Of a stretch of 64,000 bases of DNA, positions 29,761 to 51,529 are shown in pieces (the first letter of the stretch is position 1; each line of letters starts with the position of its first letter). The DNA is from the human T2T-CHM13v2.0 reference genome, Homo sapiens, in NCBI RefSeq assembly GCF_009914755.1, contig NC_060940.1. The stretch is one strand, 5' to 3'. Position numbers and translations under genes: made by a program. The notes beneath the pieces are model-generated. The model was given only the letters and a program-made list of their open reading frames with translations, ran no database searches and was not told the DNA's origin.

Positions 29761-32700
29761 GGAAGAAAAGTAAAGTCCAGGCAGAACATTATTTTTATAA
29801 TACAAAAGGCTTCATTTCTCACAAGCTAGCCTCGTTCACTTATCTGTATCCTCTTATTTCACCCTGACACCCTATGCTTTTAGCAAGGTCTTCTCACTCC
29901 CATTTCACAAATGAGGAAACAGGCTTAGAGGAGCTAAATGTTAACTGGTCACACAGCTACTTAAGTGGAGAGCTGGGATATGAACCCTAACCCCTCCACA
30001 ATCTGGCCCCTCTTGCAGTTCTCCTCACACAGCCCCCTCCTGTAAAGCACCTCTGTATGATAACTTCCCTTGCTTTACAAATATTAGCCTCGTTCTCACA
30101 GCATCTCTCACAAAATGGCAAAGTAACCTATGGAAAGACCTTGTAACTTGCCACCAAAGTATTATATCTGTGGGGTAGGCAGCTAAAAACAAAGAAGCAG
30201 CTTGCTTTTTATCATACCCAATTGAGATGTTTCAGTTTTTGAAACTTTTAGAAAAATCTACTCAATGCCACCTCTAGGACGCAAAGCTTTACCCTCTGCT
30301 CCTGAATGTGAAAGTCAAGAGAATAGAGGACATTCTTTGTCAAGTATTCATTTTAATCTTCCACAGAATTTAATTCTTACCCTCTGGTCTCTGAATTGTT
30401 AAATATTAAATTGTTAAAAGATTACTGTCTTACAGAGAACAGAACAGCCTGAGCAATGATCCTCATAATCCTTCAAAATAAAATGTGGCAGAAGAAAGTG
30501 TGATATGTATCCAATTAAACCGAACATATGGCTTATAGCAAAAAAGAGGCTTTGACTCAACGGTTTAACCTCAATACAAATAACTAAATTTTAATAAAGC
30601 TAAACAACGTTTTAGAAATTTTTTTTTTCAAACAGGAAACCAAGCCTTTAAATTCTCAACCCTTAAACATTCTTTTCTAAACTGGGGTGAAATCAATTAT
30701 TTCAGAGTGTAAATATTCACAATTTTCTATTTTTTGCTAGGCCAACAGTTGGCATTTATTGAGCTTTTGTTTTTTGATCCCAGGGTGGATACTTTGTTTA
30801 CGAATATAGTGAAGCACTCACTTGTCATACAGACCTGGATTCTGTGATTTTGCCACCTATCCCATATGTGACAGTGGGTAGTTTAACCTCACGTGTTTTC
30901 CTAACAATACACTGGGCATAAACACCTATTTTGAAAGGCTGTTGCAAGAACGAGTAATGAATGTAAAGCTTTTAGCACATTGTCTGACACATGGTAAGCC
31001 TTCAGGGTCAAGCTATCGATTTCCCAGAGAAAGGTGGCATTTTCTTAGTATTCATCAAATAGAATGTCTTAATACTACACTGTGTTAGCATATTAATGTT
31101 TATAACGGACTAAAGCATTCTACGAAAGCAGCAGGTCATCAGAATAAAATCAAGTTTTCATAACAGTAGAATTCAAACATGGCAGTTGTGGTTCACCAAA
31201 CTGCTTCAGGGATTAAGTTCTGGAAGGTAATTTCTCTAAATATGATGACTATGTCTCTATGTGCCTTTCTACCAAGTGAACAACTCAGAACGTTTTACAT
31301 ACAACCGAATACAGATTATTTTTATTTGTAGTGTTATCGTGGTTTTGTAACTGAAGGGGACAGGTCTATACTTTTGAAGGGGATCTTGTCTCTTGAAAGG
31401 CTTATGTTACTAAGTCTAAAATCCTGTTTCCAAATGAGAATCTTGCTCCCCTCCAAAAAGGGGCTTATGGAGGGTTGGTGGAATTGAATGCTTCCAAACT
31501 TTACATTAGTGAAGTGTGTTCAAAAACGTGTGTGGATGCTATGCATACACGTGATACTTCCCATCACATTTTAGGATTCCCACGTTGGAGGGAATCAATT
31601 ACTGGTATTTGTAGCAATGGGTGGAAAAGATGGCTTCAGTCGATCTGAGTTACTGCAGTTTTCTCCATCTTCTGCTACTCTGCAGCCCCATCTTAGCCTG
31701 TCCTCCTCTTAATGGTACGGCCCCCTGTACTCCCCCAAACCCTTTCCTTTCTAGCCCGGCGTAGAGTCTCCCTCTGTGCTCTTCCTCCCACCCACCCCCA
31801 TCTTCTCCACCCACTCCCTCTCGGCCCCCTCCCACCCTTTCTGCTAGAGCTACAAACACTTCCTATTTCTAGTCCCACCCACTTTCTGGGACTTCTCAAT
31901 CCGCTTCCCCCCTCTTCTCCACCCCCCTCCAAATTACAAGCTGTTTTAACCCCTTTTCCTGCCTCCCAGGGAAACTATTCTTTAAACCGCCTTCCTCCAC
32001 ACCACCCACTGGAGTGGTCTTCCAAACCGTTCACCCTCTTCCCAAAGATTACTCTTTAAACGTCCTTTCTCTACCACCCTCGTTCTCCAAATTGTTCCCG
32101 GTTCTCAAGTACTCCACTCCTCCAGGACCCCACCCCACTCGTCTCTCGGCTTCCCTCCCACAAAAGAACCTGGAATGACTCTCCAACCACCCTTCCAATT
32201 ACCTCTCCCAGAAGCCTCCCCCCTCCACGATTACAAATGTTACCTGGAACAAAACCTCACGGTCCTAACCCCCACCCCGAACTCCCCTTTCTGCTCTTCC
32301 CGCTACTTCCTAGGTTCCAGTTCTACTCCGCTCCCGCAAGCATAGCGGGCTGGGCTCCCTCCCAACCCCGGGAAGAGCCCCTTCCCGCACGTACCTCGAG
32401 ATTCCGGCCCTCGCCGCCCCCTTCTCCGTCCTCCGCCCGCGCTCGGCCACCCTTTCCGCCCTTCTCCCGCTCCGCCCCGCTCGCTCCCTTCCTTCCCTCC
32501 GCCTTCCGTCTCCACACCGCTCCCTTCCCCCACACTCCTGGCCCTCCCACCCCGGAGGCCCCTCCGGGCTTGCCCCCACCTCCGCGCCGCCCTCCCGCCG
32601 CCCTCCCCCTTCCCGGCCACCCCTCCCCCGCCCGCGCTCCCCGCCCCTCGGCTCGCCATTCTTCTCTCCGAGCCGCGCGCCCCGCCCGGCCCCGGCTCCC

Positions 32701-32790
32701 TAGCTTCCCGCTCCCTCGCGCCCTCGCCCCCAATCCCGGCTCGGCCCTCGCTCCCCGCAGCCTCCCGTGCCCCCCCGCCCGCGGCCTGAC

Positions 32791-32885
32791 CTGCAATGGC
32801 GGCCGCCGAGCGCGGCGCCGCGCGGCCAACGGGCGACAACCGAACCTCCCGCCGCCGTCGCCGCCGCCGCGAGCACTGCCTGCGC
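32791..32885 (-). other. CHTF8: CHTF8/DERPC non-coding first exon (TSS approximate)
   Basis: Donor CAG|GTCAGG on - at 32791 within the CpG island; a second possible donor GAG|GTACGT at 32395. Confidence 0.75.
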
Positions 32886-32914
32886 ACTTCCGACTATGCG
32901 CCAGGAGCACTTCC

Positions 32915-32996
32915 GGGGCAGAGCCTGAGAGCGCGCGCGCACGTGGGGCCGGGGCGGAGAGAGGCGAGCACCGGGAAGGGGAGCGTGGGGCCGCTG
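32915..32996 (+). other. UTP4: UTP4 non-coding exon 1 (TSS approximate)
   Basis: Donor CTG|GTGAGT at 32996/32997. Confidence 0.8.
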
Positions 32997-33766
32997 GTGA
33001 GTTGGGGAAGGGGCGTGGGAAGCGGCTGCGAGAGCTGGGGGGGTCTTACAAGGTGGCCGGCCCAGGGTCGGCGTCCGGCTGAGCTCCTTGTCCCGAGGGT
33101 CTCCTTGTCCCGAGGCGGGGTGGGGGCTACTCTGTAGACTCGGGGAGAGGGAAGGGGAGGCGAAGACCGCGCGCGCCTCAGACGCCCCGGCCCGACCGAA
33201 CGCGCTTGCTCTGTCTGCGGGTTCCTAACCTTGAAGCTAGGCCAGTGAGGGGCGAACAAGACCTGGTCTCTACTCTCGGCCAGTATATATGTTGGCGGGC
33301 GTCGGGGGGACGGGGTAGGGTAAGTGACAGACGTCAGACCAGGCAGCCAGATTAAGTCAAACCCTGTCGTTTCTTCCTCAAGAGGAGCTCGGTTCTGCCT
33401 GCCCCATCAGCCTCACTGTCACTACCTCAGTTTAGGTCTGTTGTTTGCAAACTTAGCAATAGAGTTGAGGAGAGATGCTTGCTAAAATGCGGATTCCTAG
33501 GCGCCCCGAGATAGGAACTCTGGAGCTATGGAGTAGGACCCTTTTTGATTTTTTGCTGAAGCCTCCTTATTATTCAAGCCATTCTGAGCTTTTGAAGATT
33601 GAGTAATTCTTGTGGGGGGCATTGTTAGCAGCCATTTGGAAATGAACTTCAGGGAGATGTTGTTGGAGCCTTCCAGCCAGAACAGTGATATTAAGGAACT
33701 GAATACTATATGTGACATACTGCAGTTAACATATAGCAATAATGACTCTCTTTTCGCCCCCTAGGA

Positions 33767-33925
33767 ATGGGTGAATTTAAGGTCCATCGAGTACGTTTCT
33801 TTAATTATGTTCCATCAGGAATCCGCTGTGTGGCTTACAATAACCAGTCAAACAGATTGGCTGTTTCACGAACAGATGGCACTGTGGAAATTTATAACTT
33901 GTCAGCAAACTACTTTCAGGAGAAA
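33767..33925 (+). CDS. UTP4: UTP4 (cirhin, WD40 SSU processome protein) exon 2, aa 1-53
   Basis: cccctag|GA ATG; MGEFKVHRVRFF...QEK; donor GTAAGT. Confidence 0.96.
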
Positions 33926-34962
33926 GTAAGTCATTTGGGAGTCTGATATGGTGTTTTGATGTTAATTTCTTCTGAAGTTCAAGAAGCTTGTATGTCTTTT
34001 ATAATCAAACTGATTGAGTGACTTCCTAGCCCCTCTGAAGTTGCTTAGAACTACCAAACTTCTGAGATCTCCTAACTGATAAGAGAAGCTCAGTTTCAAT
34101 CTGTGTAATGTTGATTAGAAGGGTCCTACCTAGAAATGTGACATCTCACTGCCTGTCATTGGAAACTGAGGTTTGCTGGATCTTTTGGACACAGGAAGGG
34201 AAATTGTTGGTATATCAGTCTCAACACCATTGCAGCTTTGGTAAGCAAAATTTCCTGCAGGGAGTATCAGTACTGTTTCATTGTCAATTCAGAAAAAATG
34301 ATAACACGTTTTAATATCAGAAACTTTTTGGTGATGTGGGAAGATGGATTCCAAAGTTCATCTGTCTGAGAGAATGTAGACCTACATGTCTACATTTGGG
34401 AGTAAAGGAGATTTAAAATTAGGTAAAATGTCCTTTGGGTGTATGCAGAGGTCTATTAGTCCTTTTTCTTCTCCCCTCCAAGGGCACTGACTAGTGATTT
34501 TCTTCGGGTGCAACATCTTAGTTCATGTTGAATGACTGTTATGTACTGGGTGCTGTGATATAAATGAGTAGATGGGCAAATGAGTGAATTCAGTGCCCAG
34601 CAGCCTGGTACCTGGAATTTAGGCATTCTGTAAATGTTTCTCGGTGAATGAGTGGCAAATACTGGGCACTAAGACAAATGTCAGAGGCCCTAACTTTACG
34701 GAGCTCAAAGACCAGTGGGAGAAAGATAAGTGTACAGTTTCCAACCTGTAAAATAAATATGATAAACCGAAACACAGGCATAGAACCTTCATAGAGAATT
34801 GCCTTCCCTGAGAGGTGGGTTTAGGAAATGTGGAAAGGGATGATTTACTGAGCTCACCCCTGAAGAACTAATCAAAAGGTAAAAACTACAGGACCACCAC
34901 AAATGGGTTACATTCTGTGGTATGAAGAACATGCGCTGGCGTGTGCTTATTGCATCCTGTGA

Positions 34963-36731
<1,769 letters not shown>

Positions 36732-36976
36732 TTCAAACCTTTTCTGCTGAAAATGTTTTGCCGAACTAGTCCTAGTAAAAGAAACAAATTTAACTGTATA
36801 AAAGTAATTAGAATTTGAGCTGAAAAAATGAAAATGTCATTAGGCATGATCTGATAGCACAAAACCCCACACTAGTTATTTATGGGGAAGTTGTTTTTAC
36901 CATGTTGCCTGTGACCACTCAGTACCGGTACCTGATGAATTTGTGGTAATGTTGAGAAGTTATGGTGTTTCTGCAG

Positions 36977-37168
36977 TTTTTCCCAGGTCATGAGTCTCGG
37001 GCTACAGAAGCTTTGTGCTGGGCAGAAGGACAGCGACTCTTTAGTGCTGGGCTCAATGGCGAGATTATGGAGTATGATTTACAGGCGTTAAACATCAAGT
37101 ATGCTATGGATGCCTTTGGAGGACCTATTTGGAGCATGGCTGCCAGCCCCAGTGGCTCTCAACTTTTG
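36977..37168 (+). CDS. UTP4: UTP4 exon 3
   Basis: FFPGHESRATEALCW...SQLL; 192 nt; AG/GT bounded. Confidence 0.95.
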
Positions 37169-38081
37169 GTTAGTAAGCAACTATTGGTAATTCAAACCAA
37201 AATTTCTCTCGTGCCTGCTCAGACTTTCTTCCCTGTGCTCATAGGAGAGTAACGATATATTATGGCATGTGGCAACCCCAACTATAAGATTGGAATTGAT
37301 AGTGAAGATTTTAAAAATCCCCAGCATTCTTTTTGCTACTAGTCTGGACCTTGTTGATTCATTTATGAAATGAGAGGATTACATCAGTTCAACATTTCCC
37401 AAACTGTGTTCTGTGGAATTTGGAGATGTAGAGGTTTTTTTGTTTTGGTTTGTTTTGTGTTTTATGGTAAATTTCATTTCACAAATACAGCATATTTAAT
37501 CCTGCTGTAAATTCACAATGCACATCGGTACATGAAGAGTTCTGAGAGTCCCTTCAGCAAGTTAACCTGTGCACTTGTGTTTCAGCCCAGTGTTTCTCAA
37601 AAATATGACCACACACTGAGCCCCTTCCCATAATTACCATTAGAGTGGGTGCTTCCAGATCTTTAATTCTGTGATGAGTCTGATTATTTTTGATCTGCAC
37701 TAATTTGCACGATATCTGAAGGTGTTTCCATTTAGGTTATAATGTTAGTAGGTCTTTTATTTAGGCCAAGGGTCTCTAGCAGAAGTATTCTATGAAATCC
37801 TACTTCTAATCCATGTCATACAGAGGAATGGGGCCACTAATTAGAACTCTTAATATCAGTCTGTTTTCTGTCTAGGATATGAAGGCTACTGAGAATACAC
37901 TATTAGTTTCTTGATAACTAGTACTTTCTCTCACAAATGATTTTTCTTTTTCACGGCAACTGATAGCTTTAAGGAGGAAGAGAGAATAGAGAGAGTGTGT
38001 GTTGGGGGGTGTGTGTGTGTGTTTAGTCCTATAAAATGTTTACTATTGATTTTTTCTGTTTACTACCTCTTTCTCAAATAG

Positions 38082-38166
38082 GTTGGTTGTGAAGATGGAT
38101 CTGTGAAACTATTTCAAATTACCCCAGACAAAATCCAGTTTGAAAGAAATTTTGATCGGCAGAAAA
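38082..38166 (+). CDS. UTP4: UTP4 exon 4
   Basis: VGCEDGSVKLF...RQK; 85 nt, ends phase 1. Confidence 0.95.
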
Positions 38167-38933
38167 GTAAGCGTCATTTTTCATGGGGCGGTAAATAGCC
38201 TTAACAAGAAATTAAGTTTCTGTGCCACTGGGGATGGGATATTTTCCCATGAATCCAGGTAATATTTTATCTCTACTGGGTACAGGGAGGGTATGTGCTA
38301 GAAGCCATCCCCAGCCCAGGCTTTACCCATTGTATAGCATAGTTGTGACTGCTTGGTTAAGTAATAATATAGAAAACCAGAAATCCAAAATTGGAAAGCT
38401 AGTGTTTCTGTGGAAGTCAATTTGTTAGTTATCACTTACTTTTGTGATGTTTTAACAAGCGTACATGAAGTCTTGAACTACAATTTTGTCATTAGGAACT
38501 ATGGTTCTTTTCTTTCTTTTTTTTTTTTTTTTCTGGAGGCAGAGTGTCACTCTGTCATCCATGCTGGCAGTGGCGGTGGCATGATCTCGGCTCACTGTAA
38601 TCTCCGCCTCCCGGCTTCAAGTGATTCTGGTGCCTCAGCCTCCCAAGTGACTGGGATTCCAGGCACGTGCCATCGTGCCCTGCTAATTTTCGTATTTTTA
38701 GTAGAGACAGGATTTCACCATGTTGGCCAGGCTGGTCTCGAACTCTTGGTCTTACTCAAGTGATCCACCTGCCTTGGCCTCAAGTGCTGGGATTACAGGC
38801 CTGAGCCACTTGCCCTGGCCAAGGAACTGTGGTTCTTAATCCTTCTGGTGCATTCAAGTTGAATGAGGGAGTTTATAAACAGTTGCCCATCCTTGGGCTC
38901 CACCTGGGCTGAATTGGCATTGACCCTTTAGAA

Positions 38934-39147
38934 CAGGGGTTGGCAGACTGTTTCTGTAAAGGACCAGATAGTAAACATTTTAGGCTTTGCCAAACCTACA
39001 TTGTCTGCCAACTCTGTCAGTGTAGTGCAAAAGCAGCTATAGACGATACTGAAACTAATGGGCAGGCTGTGCTCCAGTAAAAACTTTATTTACAAAAACA
39101 AGCAGTGGGCCTGATTTGGCCTGTGGGCCACAGTTTGGTGACCCATC
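38934..39147. mobile_element. MER58A-like hAT-Charlie DNA transposon (MITE)
   Basis: Starts CAGGGGTTGGCA, ends TTTGGTGACCCATC (degenerate TIR); 8-bp near-TSD CTTTAGAA / TTCTAGAA typical of hAT targets. Confidence 0.8.
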
Positions 39148-39224
39148 TTCTAGAATAGCAAATGTCCTCTGTGTCCATTAGTAATACTTATCCTCTGCTA
39201 ATCAGATTCTTGCTTCGTTTTTAA

Positions 39225-39485
<261 letters not shown>

Positions 39486-39568
39486 TGATCCACCCACCTC
39501 GGCCTCCTGAAGTGGTGGGATTACAGACATGAGCAACTGCACCCGGCCTGGGTGTTCTTTCTCAATTA

Positions 39569-39976
<408 letters not shown>

Positions 39977-40106
39977 TCAAGGAGTACTATAGATGAGAGA
40001 GCTAAGATTGTAGAACACTCTAGAGATAGTTGTGGGAAGAGAGCTCAGTTACTCTTCGTATATTTATGTGTATGTCACTTTCTTTTTTTGTTGTCCAACT
40101 CCCAAG

Positions 40107-40196
40107 GTCGCATCCTGAGTCTCAGCTGGCATCCCTCTGGTACCCACATTGCAGCTGGTTCCATAGACTACATTAGTGTGTTTGATGTCAAATCAG
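40107..40196 (+). CDS. UTP4: UTP4 exon 5
   Basis: (S)RILSLSWHPSG...VKS; 90 nt. Confidence 0.95.
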
Positions 40197-42101
40197 GTGA
40201 TTGTTTTTTTCAGTTCATTTGGGGTGTGGGTTTTGTCAGATTCACATTTCTGAGTTTTCAAAAGCTTGAGCCTTTGTCATGGTTTCATGACCTTTATGGC
40301 CTAACATGTCATTAATCTTCTGAGATGTCCACAATTAATTTTACTCCTTTCTTGGATTACTACCACTGCTTTTAGGGGAATCTTGGATCTTCAGTAAGAT
40401 ATAGTATTTTTCATTCATCGTAATAAGAATTCACAATAAAATACTCTGAACTAGTACATTCGTGTACTATAAACAGTAGAATTACCTATTTATAGATCCC
40501 AGTCCTTGGTAAAAATGGGCTTCTGTCATTGAGGAACATAAGATTTTTGTAGCATAATTGGTGAAACATGAGATCAGAAAAGCAGAGAACCATGATATTT
40601 TCTGTTCTTGGCCTGGAAAATTGGCTTCATAGAATCCTTCATTGATAGGGTTGATCTCAACTTGTTAGGTGGACATGTCTGTATTTCCGTCTGAGATGCA
40701 GAGATAAAACAGGTTGGCTGGGCGCGGTGGCTCATGCCTGTAATCCCAGCACTTTGGGAGGCCGAGGTGGGTGGATCACCTGAGGTCGGGAGTTCAAGAC
40801 CAGCCTGACCAACATGGAGAAACCCTGTCTCTACTAAAAATACAAAATTAGCCGGGGTGGTGGTGCATGCCTGTATTCCCATCAACTCAGGAAGCTGAGG
40901 CAGGAGAATCGCCCCATTGCACTCCAGCCTGACAACAAGAGTGAAACTGCGTCTCAAAAAAAAAAAATCCCTTAAGCTTATTACAAAAAAGAGGGAGTCC
41001 TTCTATATCTCTCTCACTCTCCTCGAGGCAACCACTTGTGACCCTTAGCTGATTCTTTTGGTATCTATCACTGCAGATCCTAGCATGCTTTTTATGCTAC
41101 GTTTTGATTTTTCAGCTTTAGACCATTTTTTACTGACTTCTGCAACTTGCCCCTCTTTTTCTACCGTCTGCCACAGGCATCCACACTTCCTCCCGATCCT
41201 CCCAGTATGGTTATATTATAACTTTGTTCAAATTAGTAATTGATGTTTTCATTATTATGACTATGTATATACTACTCACATAGTAAATTTTCTTTCTTTT
41301 CCGGTATACTTATTGTTTAATAGTGTCTCTGTCTCTCTGTCTTACTGATACATTCCCACATTTTTCCAGTTGCATAAATTAGGTTCAAGTCCATCTGATT
41401 TTCTTTCTCCACTTTTATCTTTGTGAATAAGTCCCTCCCGGTGCCTTCTGACCCACTCCCATCTGGCTTAGCCACTCTGGGCCTGCTGCACAGCTGTGAG
41501 ATCTGAAACTCTGATTGATTTTTCCATTGTTCTCGGGATCTCCTTTGCTTCTCTATCGGATAGGATCTCCCATTTCTGTGTTATTCACTTTCTTGGTTTA
41601 CCCTTTGGTGGATCCTGAGTAAGAGTGCATGAGAAAGAATTCTAGGTTGGAAATTCTTTTCCCTTAGAATTCTGAAGCCCTGGCTCCGCTGTCTTCCAGC
41701 TCCTCGTATTATTAGCAAGTAAGCTGCCATTCTGAGAGTTATCCCTTTGTGTAGGACCTGTTTTATTTTTTTTTCCCCCAGGAGCTTTTAGGATGTTTTA
41801 TCCTTACTGTTATGAAATGTAATAATTAGGTTTCTTGGTATGTGGATCAATTAATTGTTCTGGACACCTGGTAGGTTCTTCTAATCCAATACCCACGTCC
41901 TTCAGTTCTGGGGGGAAATTCTTTTACTCTTATTTTTCATTTCTTTGTCTTTTTACTATGCTTTCTGGGAGAGTTTGTCTTTTTTATCTTTGAATCCTCT
42001 ATTGAGTTTTTCATTTTTGACATTTCCAGAGTTCTTTTTTTTCGTGAATCTTCTTTTTTACAGCATTCTCTTTATGTTTCATTATACAGAAACTCTTCTC
42101 T

Positions 42102-42282
42102 TTCTTTTTTTATTTTATTTTATTTTATTATTATTATACTTTAAGTTTTAGGGTACATGTGCACAATGTGCAGGTTAGTTACATATGTATACATGTGCCA
42201 TGCTGGTGTGCTGCACCCATTAACTCGTCATTTAGCGTTAGGTATATCTCCTAATGCTATCCCTCCCCCCTCCCCTCACCCC
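42102..42282 (-). mobile_element. 5'-truncated L1PA2/L1PA3-like 3' end with 13-bp TSD GAAACTCTTCTCT
   Basis: Classic L1 3' UTR (GGGTACATGTGCACAATGTGCAGGTTAGTTACATATG...), GAG rather than the Ta ACA diagnostic; TSD at 42089-42101 and 42283-42295. Confidence 0.92.
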
Positions 42283-43459
42283 GAAACTCTTCTCTAAGGC
42301 TATTAATAATTGTCAAGTGTTTTTCACTCTGCCTGTTTCTTCCCTGTTATTCATTTATTTGTTTCTGTTAGTCCGTTTGGCCTCTGCCTTTCATGTTAAA
42401 GGCTTTCCTCATGTCTGGTGATCATCTCATCACTGCATCATGTGGCTTACTGAGCTTGGGTTTCACTGAAGAATGATCTGGCTGGACTGCTTATTTGGGG
42501 TAGCCCTGAAGCCAGAATCTTCAGATCTTTTCTTTTGTGTCAGTTATGTTCCTCAGAAATGGTTTTTCATTCTCCTGCCTGGTGAGTATTGGCCTGGCTA
42601 TCAGCATTCTAAGGGGAAAAAAAAGAATGGTGTTCTCAACATTCAGTGAGAAATGTTCACTTAATCCTGGTTTTCATATACTGCTTCTGCCTGATAGCCC
42701 TCCTCAGACAACGTCTCCAGTATTCTGCTGACGTGCATTTTGGGAGCTTCCCACCTTCTTAGTCAGGGCATGGCTATCTGAGGGGTCTACCAGCTGTTAA
42801 CGGATCCCTCTTTGAAGCCCCACTTACTCCTTTTCTAGAATATCTGGGGTCCCCAATTCCTGAGTCCAAGGATTCCATAGTATAAATCAGGTGGCTTCTT
42901 GGCTTTCCTCTCTGCCGACCTGGGACTTAGTTTCAGGGCTCTGCTAAGTCAGTGCCACTACTTGTCTGCTTTCCAGTTCCCCAAATTTTGTCACTGATCT
43001 CTCCCTTTCCTGTGGGATTTTGGAAAAGAGCAGAGTGTAATGTGTGTGTGCAGTTGACCAGCTTTAAGTGAATGTCCCAAATGTCTCTTTCCATTTCACC
43101 CCACCAAAGGGGTTTCTGTTCTCATTCTCTTCCCTCCCTTCCTCCCTCCCTTGCACCTTCTATCCCTTTCCTGTTAGGCTCTCCCAACACCCCTTCTCTT
43201 CAGGTAACCATTTTGGAGTTCCGAGATCAGGTTCACCAGAACTACCATTTATAGGCTGACTGTTCAGTCAGCTCACCTACCATATCATGCTTACCGCAGG
43301 CGGGTTTGTTATGTTGTTTCGTAGAGATGAGGTCTCACTTCGTTGCCTAGGCTGGCCTTAAACTCCAGGGCTCAAGCAGTCCTTCCACTTTGGCCGCAGG
43401 CAGATTTTGAAGACAGAGAAATAAGTACCATTTGAAGGTGTGCTTTTCTGATTTTTCAG

Positions 43460-43671
43460 GCAGCGCTGTTCATAAGATGATTGTGGACAGGCAGTATATG
43501 GGCGTGTCTAAGCGGAAGTGCATCGTGTGGGGTGTCGCCTTCTTGTCCGATGGCACTATCATAAGTGTGGACTCTGCTGGGAAGGTGCAGTTCTGGGACT
43601 CAGCCACTGGGACGCTTGTGAAGAGCCATCTCATCGCTAATGCTGACGTGCAGTCCATTGCTGTAGCTGAC
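43460..43671 (+). CDS. UTP4: UTP4 exon 6
   Basis: (G)SAVHKM...KVQFWD...AVAD; 212 nt, restores phase 0. Confidence 0.95.
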
Positions 43672-44009
43672 GTGAGTACAGTCCCTGTTTAGAGTGGTTG
43701 ATGTACACCCTTGTGGGGTGAGTTGAGAAAGCAGCCTTAGTGACGTGCCATGAACACTGGTTCCTGATCCTGATGTTGTACTGGAGGAAGATGAGTTTAG
43801 GAAAATGCATCTGAAAACCCACATTGTTTCCATAGTACCTAACAATTGGTTAGAGAATACAGGATACTCCAAGAGATTAGTTAGCAGGGAGATTTTCTTT
43901 AGACACTGCTCACTTCCAGTTCGTCTTGTTTGATTGTAGATAGGGCACAGCAGCCTAGAAGAATCTGGAGAAGCGCTATGTTTATACCTTTGTATTTATG
44001 CATTTATTT

Positions 44010-50332
<6,323 letters not shown>

Positions 50333-50616
50333 TAATGAAATAAACGTTATTAAGAAACACCTGTTCTAGTTCCAAATAAAGGATTTTCAGTATTTTTATT
50401 GGTTTAATACATTTCTTTAGTGATAATAACTTGATCATGTTAAATATTCGTATTAAATAACATGATATGAATTTCTTTGTTAGGTTTTCTCTTATGTTCT
50501 TTCGAAGGATTTAAATTTCTCAAGTAGGTCCTAGGTATTTTCTCTCTCTCAATGCTATTCTAAGGAGATCTATGTTGGGTATATGAAGCGTTGCTGTACT
50601 GTAGACGTTAATTTTG

Positions 50617-50631
50617 TCAGTAGGGGGCGCA
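50617..50631 (+). promoter_or_regulatory. Candidate CTCF site ~190 nt upstream of UTP4 exon 7
   Basis: TCAGTAGGGGGCGCA matches the CTCF core; motif match only. Confidence 0.45.
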
Positions 50632-50822
50632 TTGTTACCAGTGTCTGAGCTTGCTCCTTTGATGGAATCCTTAGCTTCTGGAAGGAAAAGACCCTTGTAA
50701 CTTTCCTACTGATTCTGGGCATAGGTTTACCCCTAAGCTGCTGAGACAGAAAGCCTCGGAATATTTTTCCAACCAGACCTTGTTTTGCTTACGTGTACCT
50801 CCCTCATGATTTAATTCCTCAG

Positions 50823-50994
50823 CAAGAAGACAGTTTCGTGGTGGGCACAGCCGAGGGAACAGTCTTCCATTTTCAGCTGGTCCCTGTGACATCTAACAGC
50901 AGTGAGAAGCAGTGGGTGCGGACAAAACCGTTCCAGCATCACACTCATGACGTGCGCACTGTGGCCCACAGCCCAACAGCGCTGATATCTGGAG
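50823..50994 (+). CDS. UTP4: UTP4 exon 7
   Basis: QEDSFVVG...HTHDVR...LISG; 172 nt. Confidence 0.95.
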
Positions 50995-51098
50995 GTGGGT
51001 TCCCCCTCTGGTGAGGCTGCTGCTTTACCCTGCCCAGTTCTGGCTGTTCTCGTGAGGATGACTTCTAATTCTGTACACCTTCTCCCCTGCTTTCCCAG

Positions 51099-51190
51099 GC
51101 ACTGACACCCACTTAGTCTTTCGTCCTCTCATGGAGAAGGTGGAAGTAAAGAATTACGATGCCGCTCTCCGAAAAATCACCTTTCCCCAC
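51099..51190 (+). CDS. UTP4: UTP4 exon 8
   Basis: (G)TDTHLVFRPL...ITFPH; 92 nt; donor GTAAGT. Confidence 0.95.
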
Positions 51191-51218
51191 GTAAGTGTCC
51201 ATTCCAAGCCCCTGCTAA

Positions 51219-51529
<311 letters not shown>

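Larger units (their letters stand above)
32300..33330. promoter_or_regulatory. Bidirectional CpG-island promoter shared by CHTF8/DERPC and UTP4
   Basis: CpG-dense; ETS motifs CACTTCCG (32885-32892, 32908-32916), (GC)n at 32931-32940, E-box CACGTG 32940-32945; divergent first-exon donors at 32791 (-) and 32996 (+). Confidence 0.9.

Noticed and set aside
32237-33259. Long ORFs (up to 281 aa) at the bidirectional promoter
   Set aside because: CpG-island/C-rich artefacts that cross TSSs and splice donors.
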